Below are positions 1-14,953 of a DNA stretch of 64,000 nucleotides, piece by piece. Position numbers and translations under genes: made by a program. The notes below the pieces were generated by a model that made no database searches, had not been told where the DNA came from, and was given only the letters and a program-made list of their open reading frames with translations. Numbering within the stretch: the stretch's first letter is position 1; every line of letters begins with the position of its first letter. The DNA comes from Entomortierella parvispora E1425. Its lineage: Eukaryota; Fungi; Mortierellomycota. Location: contig BQFW01000004.1 of NCBI GenBank assembly GCA_020891255.1, forward strand, positions 2,356,001-2,420,000, given 5' to 3'.

Positions 1-2683
1 ACTCAGCACTACTCGTCGCGTTACCGTCTCATCTTGACGGGTACTCCGCTGCAGAACAACCTCCCAGAGCTGTGGGCATTGTTGAACATGGTGTTGCCTC
101 GCGTCTTCAACTCTGCTCAATCGTTTGATGAATGGTTTAATACTCCATTTGCCAACACTGGAGGACAAGACAAGATCGAGCTGAACGAAGAAGAGGCCCT
201 GCTGATTATTCGCCGTCTGCACAAGGTTCTCCGACCCTTCTTGCTCCGTCGTCTGAAGAAGGACGTCGAGTCTGATTTGCCTGACAAGGTCGAGCATATC
301 ATCCGCTGCAAGCTCTCACCACTGCAGTTGAAGTTGTACAACCAGATGAAGAAGCATGGCATGCTTTTCACTCAGGGTGGCGAGAAGGGGTAAGAAGGAA
401 GAGAATTATTGTCAAACAAAGAGCGATCAGGTCTGAAAGAAGGGGTGCTAACCCATTGTTTTTGATTTATTTAGACGCGCCGGAATCAAGGGATTGAACA
501 ACACCATCATGCAGCTCCGAAAGATTTGCAACCATCCATTTGTTTTCGGAGATGTTGAAAGCATGATCAACCCCTCCAAGAGCAACAACGACAGTATCTG
601 GAGAGTTGCTGGAAAATTCGAACTTTTGGACAGGATGTTGCCCAAACTGTATGCTACTGGTCACAGAGTCCTTGTCTTCTTCCAGATGACGGCCATCATG
701 AACATTATGGAGGATTTCCTGCATTACCGTGGATACACGACCATGCGTCTGGATGGTTCGACAAAGGTACAATGCAGGCGATACTTGATTGCGATACTTT
801 TTTGAGAGCATGGAAGCTAATTTTTTTTTTTTTTTTTTTTTGGTAGTCTGACGATCGTTCAGCTATGCTCAAACAATTCAACGCCCCCGACTCGCCATAT
901 TTCATTTTCCTGTTGAGTACACGCGCTGGTGGTCTCGGTCTGAACTTGCAAACTGCCGATACTGTCATCATTTTCGACTCTGATTGGAATCCCCATCAGG
1001 ATCTTCAGGCTCAGGATCGTGCCCATCGTATCGGACAGACAAAGGAAGTTCGTATCTTCCGTTTGGTGACCGAGAAATCAGTGGAGGAGCATATCTTGGC
1101 CCGTGCGCAGTACAAGCTCGAGATTGATGGCAAGGTCATTCAGGCCGGTAAATTCGACAACAAGAGTACAGCAGAGGAACAGGAGTCATTCTTGCGTTCG
1201 CTCCTTGAGAACGACAACAACAAGGAAGAGGACGATGTCGAAGAAGAAGACATGGGAGATGATGAGCTGAACGAGATTGTGGCGCGCTCGGAAGAAGAAA
1301 TGACCGTCTTCAAGAAACTGGATGCTGAGCGGAGAATCAAGGAAGACGAGGAATGGAGGGCAGCAGGTTCGATTAAGCCTCGACAAGAACGACTCATCCA
1401 GGAGTACGAGTTGCCTGAGGTCTACCGCAAGGACGATGATGCACAAATTGAACCCGAGGTTGTAGTTGACTTGGGTCGCGGTCAGAGAGTTCGAGCCGAA
1501 ACCCGCTATGATGACGGCTTGACAGAAGAGCAGTGGGTTGAGGCTCTTGAAGACGAGGATAAGGACGTGAACGAGATTATTGAAGCCAAGGCCGAGCGTC
1601 GTCGCAAGAGGGAGGAGCGTAGACTTTTGAAGGAGGCCGCCGAGGCAGCAGGTGAAGAATTGCCACCAGCGCCCAAGAAGGGCCGTGGCCGAGCAAAGAA
1701 GGCTGCTCAGGATGATGATGAGGAAGAAGAGTCACCGGCTCCTGGAGGTGCCAAGCCCAAGAAGGGTCGTCGCGCACCTAGCAAGGCCGAGGAATCTAAA
1801 GCGCCTGGTGCCCGCGGTCGAAAGCCCAAGAAGTCTGAAGAGGATGCCTTGAGCGAGGATGAGCGCAAGGCTCTGACCAAGGGCTTCGAAGAGTGCTACA
1901 AAGCGGTAGAGGAGAGCACCGAGGAAGACGAGGAAGGCGTCCGGGACCGATGCGAGCTGTTCTTGCGTCTGCCCAGCAAGCGCGATTATCCTGAATACTA
2001 CCAGATCATTTCTCATCCGATCGCCATGGATTTGATCAAGAAGCGGATGAAATCGGCTTACTACAAGACGCCAACGGAGTTCAAGGATGACTTCCACCAG
2101 ATGTTTGAGAATGCTCGAGACTTCAATCAAGAAGGAAGCTGGGTCTATGTAGACTCTGAGGTCCTGGAGGTGAGAAACGAATCCACATTTTTTTTTTGGA
2201 CAGGAACGCGTTCAGAAATTTTTCACACGAAAACTGACACATGAATCTACTTTTTAGAAAACCTTTGACGAGAAATTCAACGAGGTCTTCCCCAACGGAC
2301 AGCTGCCTTCGAACGGATCTAACAAAGAGGGCTCGACGTTGAAGCGTGCTGCCCCATTGTCAGATGATGAACATCACCATACTTCACACAATGGCCAGGC
2401 CAAGATTAACGGCCATGCTCGTCAAAGCAGCCGTAGCAGTAGCCGAGGAGCAGAGTCTCGACAGCAGAACAAGCGGCAAAAGAAGGACCAGCAGGACGAC
2501 GACGATGAGGACGCTGAGGGCGGTAACAGCAATAGCGACAGTGACGATGATGACGTGGATACGCTAGGCACGGATGACAGTGATGAGGACAGTGTTGCCA
2601 CCGGCCGAAAGAATGGAGCCAGCCACAAGAACAGTAAAGCTGGTGGAGCCAGTGACGATGAAGAGGACGAGGACGATGATTGA
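1..2683 (+). CDS. Snf2/Sth1/Brg1-family chromatin-remodelling ATPase with C-terminal bromodomain (5' partial). Exons <1..389, 475..766, 847..2169, 2258..2683
   Basis: SNF2 motifs [73 protein letters not shown]; SnAC-like region; bromodomain ([21 protein letters not shown]...[13 protein letters not shown]). Three GT-AG introns give an in-phase join ([12 protein letters not shown]; [10 protein letters not shown]; VLE/KTFDEKF). Snf2 versus Sth1 orthology is not resolvable by eye. Confidence 0.96.
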
Positions 2684-5600
2684 GAGTAGCAATTTGGCCG
2701 CTTTGTTTTTTCACCATTTGTAGCTCATTCACAATCATACCATGTTGATAGTATTTTCGCGCTGTCTTTCTTTTTTTTTTCTTTCTTTCTTTACATTTCT
2801 TTGTTCTTTCTTTTCGCAAATTGTCAACAACAACAAACGTACATCATTCTCGATAATACAGTGAGGCTTTTTTCATGTGTTTACAAGAAGTTACGCCACC
2901 TTGGGTTTGTAAGCTCTTTGCTCAGCCGATCCGGGAAGAAAACAGGGGCGGCAAAGAAAGTTTGCCGAAGTCCCAAAAGCTGTGGAGATGGACAAGAAAC
3001 CATACTCCCCGCGCTCACAAAATACAGTAGCCCCTGGGAGGGTGAGGGAGGCCATCAGGTCATTGTTCGAGTTGCTTTCTTATGGTTCAAACAAAGTCCG
3101 TTCAAGTCGTCAGTTTACAAAATCCAGTCATTTCCATGATCTACCCCCTCACTTTTCTCTTCAGACCTTAGTCTAAGTTTGCGACCATCTTTGTCCATCG
3201 CTCTTTGATTGTGCTCAAGTTTTACTTTTCTTTTGCTCTTCTAGAAAACAGATGGACTTTTCACTTTTTGCTCACTTTGAACCAAGCAGAAAGTGGATTA
3301 GTCATGAAACAAAGAAAGAAAGATAAACGTTGCTCAGCTCGTTGAGCGCGAACATAAAAAAACCGTCCCCGTCATCATTACGTCGAACAAAGAAGAATGA
3401 GAATCGAGCGTGCCCCTGCCCAAAGGTGGCTCTCATTTCCCTCTTCCTCCTTTCATGAGACATGCAAATAATACAATCGAGAAAATGAACGCGCTCTGGT
3501 CTTAAGTTTGCTTCTTCCTGCCTCCTTCAAAGACACAAGGACGGAAGGAGACGCGTCTGTCCTTGGCTCTTGAAGAGACATGTTCCAAAAACAGAACATT
3601 AGCCCTTTTGCGTTTAGGTTTCGTAGCGGATATTTTTTTTACTTTACGTTCATAGAGATCCCTGAAACTGTCTACGGTGCCCTAATTGGAAGTCCCCAAC
3701 TGTAGAAGGATGAGGAGAGAAGGGTCCTAAATGTCGCGCTCTCCAAAGTATGAAAAAGAGGAAAGGGACTACTGTAACTGTTCTTCGTCCCTTTTCAAAG
3801 AGCATGGTGCAGTGGAGAGAAGATATATTATTCTCTGAGTGAGCAATTGCCGTTCTCCCTCACTTCTACCCCCCTTCCCCTCCCATCCTTTGCGCCCAAA
3901 GAAGACCTGGTCACCTCCATCGATTTCCGTAATTTTTGGTGTCACCAATCCATGAAGAAACAACAAAAAAAAAAAACACAATAATTGAAAGCATCAATTG
4001 GGGCTGGGAGAAAGGGACCTCGAGTGAGCGTTCAAAAAACGAAAGGGAAGGGCGCGCGGCACATGCAATGTCTGTGATTGCATGCGTGTGCGCGCGTCTT
4101 CCCGCAATCCAAAAGAAACGAGACTAAGCGATTGATGATGGGAACACAAAAAAACTTTCTTTCTTTTTGTGCGAGACACGAGGGACAGGGCGGAGGGCCG
4201 TTCGTCGGCAGGGAAGGCGAGAAGAAAGAACGAAGAGAGCGAAAGGGCAGGGGGGAAGGAAGGGGGAGCTGCAGCCGTTGTGGAAGTACGAGAGATTGAA
4301 AGAGTGACAGAGTGACCGATTATTGTGCCAGGGTCCACCAGGTCGGAAAAAGCGCGTTGTGCAACCATTGTTTCCTTTTTCCTTTTTCTCTTTTTTATCC
4401 TAACAAAAAAGACAACACATTGGCGCCATTCGTTGCCCCAAGACCTCCCGTAATGCACTAGCTCGTCAACAGTAGAGTTGAAGACCCAAAGAAAGTGGGT
4501 AACAATAAGGAAGGAACAACCACAGCCAAAAAAAAAGCTCATTTGCATATTGCAATCCCCGAGTTTTTTTATTTATTTTTTTCAAAACGGCAAAAATGTC
4601 TATGACAATGATGAGGATCAAATGAAGATGATGTTCATTTGTTGTCCCTGTTCTTGTCATTATCGTCGTCGTCGTCGTTGTGGTGTGTTGGTCTTTTTTA
4701 CTTTTTATTTTTGGGTCAGAGCAAACACAGTCTGATGACAAAGAGCAGATCTCTCTTTTTTTTTTTGGAGCACGAAAGAATAACAACGCAGGGTCAGGGT
4801 AATAAAAAACAACGCTAGGCTTCTTCTGGCCAACTTGGGCCAGGAAGGAGGGAGGAGAAGGAGAAAGAGCATTGCTTTTTTGTTTGATCGGCTCACCTAG
4901 CTAACAGGGGCCATCTTTTTGTGCGGCAGAGGCAATTGGTCAATGTGACAGAAACGAAAGGAAAAAACAATTTGAGCAACAAGAGGTACACATTGCTGTA
5001 GAAACGATCGAATCGCGCGCTTTTCTCCACCTTTTTCCTTCTAGTGCGAAGTGGGCAAGCCCATTCGGCGTTTTTATTTTGTTTTTGAATGGAAGCCCGA
5101 CCAGAAAATAAAACTCAAAGCGAAAACTGGGGACAACGATGAGAGGGGGAGTTGAGGGTGAAGCGCACGTCGGAGAGATATCAAGGCGGACAGAAGAAGT
5201 CTGACTGGCGACAGAAGAGCCGCAGCCTTAGTTTGCTGCTGGTCAGTGAACATTGGGGGAGCGGTAAGAAATAAGTGACGAGGGAGGATCGCTTGGTGAT
5301 TGCTTTTTTAAGACCAGTTATTTGGGAAAAGGTTATAGTTTTTGCACTTGGATTGTCGTCCTCTGTCTGTGTGTGTGCGTCGCTCTTTCCTCCGCTTAAG
5401 ATTCGGCTCCGTGCGGGTTCCAGCCTCTTTTTTTTTTTTTTTGTATTATTGTTCCTTCTTCCATCAGGAGCTTTCTTTTTTTGTATTTTCGGCCTCAAAG
5501 AAGCCAGCCAGAGTTTAGATGGTGAGCAAATTGCAAGATGGTTCAGCTAGACTCGTAAAATGGACCCTCTTCATCAAGGGCCTCGAAGCCAAACAAGATG

Positions 5601-8600
5601 GCTTTATAGCCCAAAAGTCCTATATCTCTATTATAAGGATCGTTCCATCGAAACTTCGTGCAGTTAGAAGGGGAGGGTCCAAATTGATCTCTGTCAAAAC
5701 GGTGGTTGACCACATTCTCCCCCAATCCCAATGATGAATGAAACTCTAAGTAGGGTGGTGCGAAAATGGAAAAGCATGGCGGAAACATCTAGGGGACCTG
5801 AATGAGAATACACAAAAACGGGGGACCCAATCAATCACCCGCAGTTAGAATGTGATGAAGGTAATAAACGCAATGAACTCGTGAGGGTGGGTTAGAAGTG
5901 TGGGAAAGGAACCGGACCGAACTGAACGAAAAAAGGCTGGACGGCGCAAAATATGTTGGGATTATGGACTCCAAAGTACCTTTCTAAAGCCAGGTCATGT
6001 CCCTATACAGGAGGCCGCTGGCCCAATTGCTCGCTCTTTGCCTTACTTGTTTGATGTCTTGTCATGGGGTTCATTGCAGGGCAATTCGAGAAGCTCACTC
6101 TTTTCTCTCATCTCGTCTCGGAATGATGGGGCTACGACTAAAGCTGTCCCTGTGGTGCGTATGTTTGCTCACCGGGTTCAGCTTGGCTCGTTGCTAGTGT
6201 ATCTTTGTCCTACCCTCCAACTGGACAGATGATTAGAGCCAGGGGGCAACCGAGTTGACACTAATCAGATGGAGCTGTAGAGCGGTACCTGCTGGGTAGA
6301 GTAAAAAAAGTGCTCATCAAGAGGGAATTCAATTGTTGCAACTCATTCCTCCCTGCTGCCTTGTGTGTATTGGCAACAAACGGTTCATTACATAACCAAA
6401 GAACGAGAGCCGACATGTCCTCTCATTTTGCGTCGCTTCCTTTTCTCCTTTTTTTATATTATTTTATTCGAGGTTTTGTTCTCTAGACAGGTTATGAGCA
6501 ATTGAGAAAAGTGTATAGATCCTCAAGTTCTTGAGAGGACCTGATCCTTACTTTCTTCCTCCTTATAGCCTCCAGACCCTTCGGTATCTCGCCATGGGTA
6601 AGCCAAGCGAGCTAAACTAGAACGGAAATATAGACCTTGGTGACAACTGCAAATTGAGGAAGAGAACGGAAGGGCGGTGTTCAGAGATGCAAAAGATCTT
6701 TCCACGGTTTGCCTTTTCGCTGCAGCTTTCTTCATCTCTCCGAGTCTCTCTGATCCATCTTTCTGCTATATCAACCCAGCCCTCCATGTAAAAGTCCCAA
6801 TTGGGCCCATTTAAAGACTCGGGACAAAATCCATTCGACGAAGGAGATGGAAGCACCTTGACCTAAAAGGTACCTGTTCCCGGACCTGCATCCTGCAAGC
6901 TTCGTTGGGGACCAGCGAACTGTCAGTTGTGCTATAGCATGCATTGGTGAACGCAACCCAATAAGGGGGGGACGGAAGACTGTCCAGTGCGACGGACAAG
7001 GAAAGGGATGAGGACCACAGGTGTTTGTTTTCTGACCCATCGGACGGATAATTGATTATTTCTGTCCCAGTCCAACCGCGAAGGAAGGCCGCCAGGGGAA
7101 GAGGCGTGTTTTTTTTCTCAGGCACCCCACCTCCGCATCAGGGAAAAGGTCGTTCTGCAAGGCGTGAGCAAGGGAGTGGGGACACAAAGGGAGAAACTGG
7201 TGCCGTTGTCTGGCTATTGGTGGTACCATCGGACGGGTATCACTGTCTGAAGCAAGGAAGGAAAGAAGGAGAGAAAAAAGGAACCAAAAAGCGAGACATT
7301 GTCCATGTACCTTTGTGCAGGTACCCTCTCGCTCTGCTCTTGCTCTCGACACCGTGCTCTGGGTAGATAGCCTTGCCGACCCTACATCTTTTGGAAAAAA
7401 AGGGCGACGACAGAACGGAGGAGATGCAAAAAAAAAATTGCAGCCTCGTCGATTCATTCGATAGATTTCAAATTGACTCAAATGGCCCTCGTTTTTTTTG
7501 TTCATCATCAGATAGAGATAGATCCGGTTTGTCGGCTCTGTGGCGTCGAAGAAAAAGATGAAGGAAATAGCGGCGACAGGCAGAGAACAAAGCGAAGGGA
7601 TTGAGGAGCGAAAGAGCTTTTCTCCTGTTGATTGTATAACCTGTGTGTACTCATTCCAAGGGTTTCGTTGGTCCCGCCAGTCAGCCACTCAAGGTGGAAG
7701 CAATTGGTACCTCTCAACTACAGACACAGCAGCACCAAAGAGACAATTATTACGGAGAGATGTGATGTTTGTTATTTTGAACTCTAGTTCCATTATGTCT
7801 GTGTGCAGGAATAAACATTTTTTTTTTTTGTCCGTTGGCAAATCGCAGTGGATGTCTGTTCAGCCAAGTACTTTTCTTGGTCTTTTTTTTCATTTCTCGG
7901 CTACTTGGCGGTATGTACCCTTTTGATCCTCGTTGGTGGATCTGTCTGTCGCTCCTTCGCTCCTTCGCCCCTCCTCCACTCTTTCTGGACTTGTTTTCAT
8001 TAGCAGCCAGCCTGTGAGAGTCGATACTATATCATCATACACGTAATTGTCCTCCCGCCATCAAAAGAACAGAAAGGGATGATTCACGAAGGTACCTCCT
8101 TGGTACGTCCCTTAAAGCAAATCAATCTTCCTGACACCTCACCAACCTCACTTCGCTCTGCTATTGCTTTGTTTGCTCTTATCTCTCTGGTTCGTTTTCG
8201 CTCGTTCTGTTGGGTTAAATATAGGAATATAGGGCAGCCCTTTGAACAATTGCCCTAGTGGTCATCACTGTGGACTCTCAAGTGACTCCTCCCTTTTGCC
8301 ACCACCTTCTTTGCTCCCACTTTCCAACCCCACCCAAAAAAAAGGCCTCTCCCCTGTAGCTCAGCAATTACTGTCCAAGCTCAACAGTGTGCTCATTGAA
8401 TCCATGCAGACGGAAATGCAAAGATTCGGCTGGGAACAGGAGGCAGGTGGGGTGGCAGGTGGACGGCCTAGGAGACGGCCAAAGGCAAGGGGCGCGGGAT
8501 GCAATGTCGTGCAGCGTTGAATGACATTCGATCCTGAGGCCCATGGCGGGGAAAGAACAAAAGTAGGGTGTGAGGGACTGCATGTGCGGACACTGTAGGA

Positions 8601-10919
8601 TTGAAACAAATCGATCGAACAATAAACATGTTGATCAAATCGCAGAAACAAAAAGCAAGGATGGATGCAGAGAGGACGTTCAGTTGAGGACGAGAAGAGA
8701 CGTTTTCGTCGACATCCTCTGTCACTGTTCCACCTCCTGCGTTCTCGGGTTCACTCTTTCTCCTTTGTGCAGGCCAGCCTTTCCGCCCTTCCCCTACCCG
8801 ACCCCTGACGAAGCCTCCTTATATCCTCTGCCATGGGTGCATGTTCAATGGTAGGGTGTATTCTCTATAGCAGAATCTTTTATTTGCATAGAATCATGCG
8901 AGAACATCTACATCTCTTTATCCACTGTTACTGCTTTGCTAAAAATGCCCTCATTCTCGAATGTTATGACATGGAAGAATCATGCCCAAAATCCTGGACG
9001 TCTTCTTTCCTCCCCTTTGAAGAAAAAAGAGAGGCAGATCAAGGGTCTCAAGGAGAAGGGGACGTGTGCATGGTCGAGTCGATGAAAAAAGGGGGGGAAC
9101 AACAGCAATTACCCGCCAAAAAATTGTCCAGTGGCCATCAGCAGGAACCCTAAAAACGACCACTGCTCGGTCGATCTGACCCCGTTGCTGTTGTGTGTCC
9201 ATCCCAAAAGGCGACAAGATGGGCAGTGGGCGACAGGGAGAACAAGGCTGGTGGACGCGCGGGTGGTTATGTAAACGATGGTGTGTTTGCCACCTAGACT
9301 CTCGCCATGTATGTCCAGGGTCATACTTACACATGCCACAGCGAAAGGGCGAGACAGCGAGACAACAAGGCCCAAGAGACGGATAGAGACGGCTGACAAT
9401 CACGGGGGTAGAGACGACACAGAACGAGACAGGAAAGAGCGGGGATCGTCCGTCCAAGGGACAAAGAACATGATGCTGTTGCTGACAGACTGACGGACAC
9501 ACAGTCTGACAGCTGTGCTCACAACTGAACAACGAGAGCGAAGGGCAGCTGCCAGAAAAGCCGGATTTAAAAAGTGCGGGTAGTTTTATGATTTTACAAT
9601 AGACGCGACTTCAATTCAATCAAGGTTTTGATTTGAAATGATAAAGTAAAAGTAAAGGACATCGCAAGGGCATGTCACCGTGCCAGCTTTTTTTTTTCTT
9701 TCTTTGGCTTCCTTCATTTGCTCGTTCGTTCGTTCGTTCTTCAAGAAGCGAAGACCGCCTCTATTTGGCCATGGTCAAGGCCCTTGCCTATGTAGTTGAC
9801 GGCGTTCTGTCTGTCCTCCCACCCTGTGGCCCTCCTTCTCGGCTCCTCGTCTGTTTGTCTCTCTCTCTTCTTTTTCTTTCCTTCCTCCTTCCTTCTCTTC
9901 TTGCCTTTCCCCTGTCCTCCTACTTCCCTCTTTTCTCTCTTCTCTCTCTTCTCCTCAACTTCATCAGCCTCAACTCTCTTTCTTTCCCATTCCTTCCCAC
10001 CTCTACCCTACTCTACTGCACTCTATCCCTGGTCGCAACTCAACTTTCTTCCTGGACACAGGCACACACACATACACATCCTTCCTTCTCCACCTTTTTT
10101 CCCTCGCAAAAGAGTTGTCCTTCCATCCCTGCTGTTTATATAATCTGATTTTCCTTGTGCCCCCTGGTCCTTGCGCTCGAACCCTGCCACCGCCTTCTCT
10201 TGGTCGCTGGCACTGATCACCGTCGTCTCGACACAGCACTTGACGATATTGCATGTACGTTTGTTCACATCCCTTCTTCCTCTCACCGCATGCTCTCACA
10301 CGCACACACAACACACAACACACATCTCCACACACAGACATGACGCCAAACAGCCATTGAACAACCACAGTTGGAGCCTGTTTGCGTTTCTGTCTCCCCC
10401 GTTTTGTTCTTGTTCCTGCCTCGATGCTTCTGCTCCTGCTCCTTTTCTTTTTTTTTTCTTTTTTTGCTTCTGTTCTTGGAATTATCAGTTTTCTGTTTTT
10501 GTTATTGCTGCACGTCCAAAGAGACAGATACAGACACACACACGATAAAGCGAAAGGGAGAGAGGAGAGAGAGAGAGAGAGAGAGAGAAGATTCAACAGT
10601 GGATCAACCGACATCACTCGGGCTTGGTCCTCGACAATCTTCCTTCGCTCCAGCCTCCCTTTTCCTCTTGGCCAGGTTATCCCTAGCCCACTGGACAGGA
10701 GTGAGGATGTCCTCTTCTTTTGAGCATGCCTCCATGAGAGGAGAGTTGAGAGGCGGGCTGTAATCCGATACATCGAGATCATATCGCATCATCGCCGATT
10801 TCCATCAGATCACATCCACACAGAGACTGAGAGACAACTGGGCAGACAGGCAGACAAAGACTCTCCCATCCCTTCCCAACAAGACAACTCGAAACACAAA
10901 CAACAAAGCAACAACGTCC

Positions 10920-10920
<1 letters not shown>

Positions 10921-10952
<32 letters not shown>

Positions 10953-10962
10953 CACACACACA
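10921..10962 (+). repeat. Compound microsatellite (CAA)10 followed by (CA)6
   Basis: Read directly from the sequence, in the intergenic region. Confidence 0.9.
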
Positions 10963-13900
10963 TTCACACAAACCCTGTTGTGCATGCGCGGCATCTCCCG
11001 CGACAGGCACACCACACGCCCCTCCAAAGGATTTCCCACTCCATCTCCTGTCAGACTTGGTTTTTGGAATCAGTTTAACCAACTATGTTTGACAGTGAGG
11101 TTCACTCCTCTCGTTGCTTCTTCTCAGTGAGGATGAGCGAAAGAGACTTGCTTTTGCTAAAATCAATCGCGATTATCTGGCTGGCAGCTGGTTTGTTTGT
11201 TCGTATTCAGTGTCTTCTGTGGCGTGTGTTTCATTTTCATCAGCGAGTCAGAACGTCCCTCAAAGACTTATCGAGTGCAATCCCTTAAATCGTTTTCATT
11301 TCGGTCGTCGATCCGAGCCTGGGCCTGCTATCCCCCCGCATCTGCTCGGCAATGAAGGATCTGGCCAATGGAGATTATTTGTGTTTTTGCCTCCATTTTT
11401 TATGACTTTCTCCCCTTCCTTTTTTTTTTAAATCTTTTTCCCCAACTTCGTTCCTTCCTTCGTTTCTTCGATGCTGCTCTGTCTGTGTCTGCTCTTGCTC
11501 TGGACCTTATCGTTCTGTCGTTCTGTTTCTGGTGATCCAATGGCCCATATACGATGCGATGCGATGTAAAAATAAGGGCAGCTCTTTTCGCGCCTGTCTT
11601 TTTCGTCTTTTTTGATCTGCACGCAAAGCCAACGGGCGACCTTGGTTCATTTCCAATTCAATCAGATCAAAACCCAATGCCCAATGCAACTGAGCCCTTC
11701 CATTTTCCCTTCCCTTCTTTGCAGAAATCTGTGGGTGTTGTTTATATTTGCGCGGGATGGCTGTTTTCATTCCCTTGTTTGTGTGAAGGGACATTCTTGC
11801 TCAGGCACCCACCGCAAGCTTGCTGTTCTCTTGGTTGTTTCAACCTCATCACCTTGGCAGTCTCTCTGCCTTCAAAATGCTCCACAGTCTGATGCTCCTG
11901 GATGTCCACTGTTTTCTTACCTTTCTTTTCTTCCTCCTGCACTGCTCTGCTTCTCTGTCTCTTTCCAGCGCGCAAATTCCTAGCCAATTGGACTTTTGCT
12001 CTTTTGCTCCTCCAGCAGGCGTCGACCGGACGAGCCACAGACTGCGAGTCCCAACAATCCAGAAACCGTCGCACCTTTACACCCCGATTGCAGCGACCAT
12101 TTCCTTGGAACCCCTCGTTGAACGTACGTGTACTACCCTACCTTTTCAACCATCTCCCTTGCACCTGTCCTTCAGTTTCTCTTTTTGCATTTCGTTTTTT
12201 CTTTGTTCCCTTGTCCGTCTTATCCCGCTCCCATTCTCTCTTGCGCCTCCATTCACTCTGCCACCTTCCGGCTTCAGTCTCAACCATCTGTCGCCTGAGT
12301 GCTTACAACCCTTGATGGCACTTTACCCTTCCCTGTGCGACATCCATTCCTCGGGTACATACTTATCCTAATCCTTTATCCACACCATTCTTCCATGCGC
12401 GCACACGCTCTTTTTGTTACTCTTGCTCATCTCCCCGCGCTTGCCTTTCGATTTAACTTTTTTTTGTTTTAAACTGTTTGTTTTTTTTGGGTCGTCATGT
12501 TTTGTCATCCAACCGTGTTGTTTTCGTGTCAACTGGTTCCCCCTTGGCAATCCTTACCACTTGGGTATTCGTCCCATCTGCCTTTGGTTTCCCCCCTGTG
12601 TACCTTCCTTAGTACGTTTCTTTTCTGACCCTCAGTTCTTCACCAGCTCGTGTGTTTCAAAACCTGCGTATGGTGAACAAGAGGTAACCAGCGGGAATCA
12701 ACTCACGAAACAGAAAACAAAAGTTGAGAAAAGAGAGGTCTTCGACTAGCATCAAGGAACATCTGCTTGCATTTCATTCTATGTCCGTAATGGTCATAGC
12801 GATCCAATGTAGAGGCTTCCTTCTGCCCGTCATCCTTTTTTCCCTCCTTTACTTTTTCCTTTTGAATGGATCCACCCTCCCATCCCAAAATTTCCTCGGC
12901 TTGTTTTTTGGTTCTCTCCTGTCACTTCCGTGCATCTCGTAACGGAAGCGAGACTACGAAAGAGGGATAGTGTGTTTATGGGTGAGAGTAAGAGAGAGAG
13001 GGAGGGAGAGACGGATAGAGCTGGAGTGGGAGAGAGAAAAGGCGATGTGCACATGGACGTCCATGGGTCTTCGTAATACTCGATCCCTTGAACACGTTTT
13101 TCTGTTCGTTTCTGCAGAAGCCTTGCATATTTTTTCCCCCTTTTCGTCTCTCCTCGTTCCTGTCAACCCCGTGAGCTCAGCTCGGGAACATCCAAGTCGC
13201 CATTGCGTGTTTCCAGTTTCTGCCACTCGTTCACACTTTTTGTAACCTTTGCAGAATCTTCGGTCTTTCTGCTTGTTTGTTTGCTTTGTTTGCTTGCCGT
13301 TCGGATGGGAGAATCGGATCCAATGTTCCACCATTCACCTCCTTATTTTTGCGATGTTCGTCTCTTTCCCCTTTGAACGAACGACGCCCTTCGCCATGCT
13401 TGCAGAAGGAGACAGAAGGGAAGGGACTGACAGTTGCAACGTTCCATCAAGGCGCTGTCCGAGGCAGGTCGACATCACTTTGAGCCCATTTCCTTCTCCT
13501 TTTCAAAAGCGGTGTGTTACTATCCCATCGGGCTGTTGGTCAGTCGTTGCGATGGTGGAGCTGAGACTACCGTTCCTCTCTCTCTCTTTCGACGATTCCT
13601 TGGACTTTGGATATTGGACCCTTTCTTTTGTTATTTATCTCTCTCCTCTTCCGCGACTTGGACTGAAAGTGAGCCTACAGCTTGTGCCTCTGCTGCTGCT
13701 CGCATTGTTCCCCAATCTGACATCTTTGCGTTGTTGCTTATTGTTTTGTTTGCGTTTCTTATTTCTTTTGGTGTTGTTTGTATGATGTACCGTGTTGTGT
13801 TGTGCGCACCCGTTGATTGTTTTTGGCCCATCTTTTCATCCTTTTCGCTCATGCACGCCTGAACAAAGCAACTGCATTGAAAGAGGACACAATGAACCTT

Positions 13901-14953
13901 GATCGCAGAAGAAAAAAAATGGGAGGGAAAACTGAACTGGGTGCCTTGCTGGTCGTTTGGCCATTGTCTGTCCTCCAATGGAGCACTCTTGCTTTTTCTA
14001 CTTTTTGAAAAAGAATATCAATGCCCTTCTTCCTTCTTTCCCGCCTTCCTTTCTTCTTTTTCCTCCCGCCCTTCGGTCCTTAGCACCATCGATTTTCCCT
14101 TTTTTTGTTTTCTCCTCACCTTCTGCCACAAAGCCTCAATACTCTACTTGATCGCCTTCGTCATCCACCGTTGTGTCTGGCTCCCCCCCACCCCGCCGCC
14201 GATTTTCCTCCTGGCAACTTGTGTTCGTGCTCGCTCTCCTTTCACTTTTCCTGCCCCCCGATGGATTGCAGCAGGACAGTGCATGTGTAAAGTTCACCGG
14301 GATCGCTTCAAAATCACTTTGTCCGACACTCTTCTCCACCAATCTTCTGACCCTCCTGCCCCCTTCCCTTCCTCCGTCTCTGAACAGACCTGGGGACATT
14401 GATAACATGCCCAAAAAGATGCACTCTAAACTCAGATGCACTCTCCCCCCCCCCCTTCCAATGTCCATCGTATGGCCCTTTTCCCTCTTTTTTGCACCAT
14501 CAAAGAAGCGCCCATGAGGCTATTATATTTTAATTTCTTTCTTTTCTCTCCTATCTGCACCCTACTGTCCCTATTTCTGAATACCCTTCTCTCTTTTTCG
14601 TTTCATGGTTCGACATGTACCTGTATGAGGTTATCTCCACCCTCCCTCGTTTTTTGCGCTCTCTTGCTTTAACAGCTACGGATCAGTGATGCACTCAGCA
14701 GCTACACTTGAGTTGTGGTTTTTATTTTTATTGTTTTTCCTTTCCTTCCTTACCAACTTCTCGGGTTATTGCCGGGCTGTGCCAGGGGCTGTGGCAGGGT
14801 TCTTCTTCGTCCTGATGTTATCAACCACTCGCTACTGCTTCTACTTCACGCAGCATCAGCTAACCAACGTTTTTAATTAGCTCCGCAACAATATTCTGAA
14901 TAGAAACAAAAACACATCGACGCGGAACACACCTTCCGGAAGAAGACTAAAAG

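Noticed and set aside
5519-5734. Short ORF with SARLVKWTLFIKG, faintly like the retrotransposon RNase H R-L-x-R-W motif
   Set aside because: Only a few residues match. The downstream G-x-x-N-x-x-AD-x-LSR motif is absent, and there is no RT, integrase or LTR nearby.
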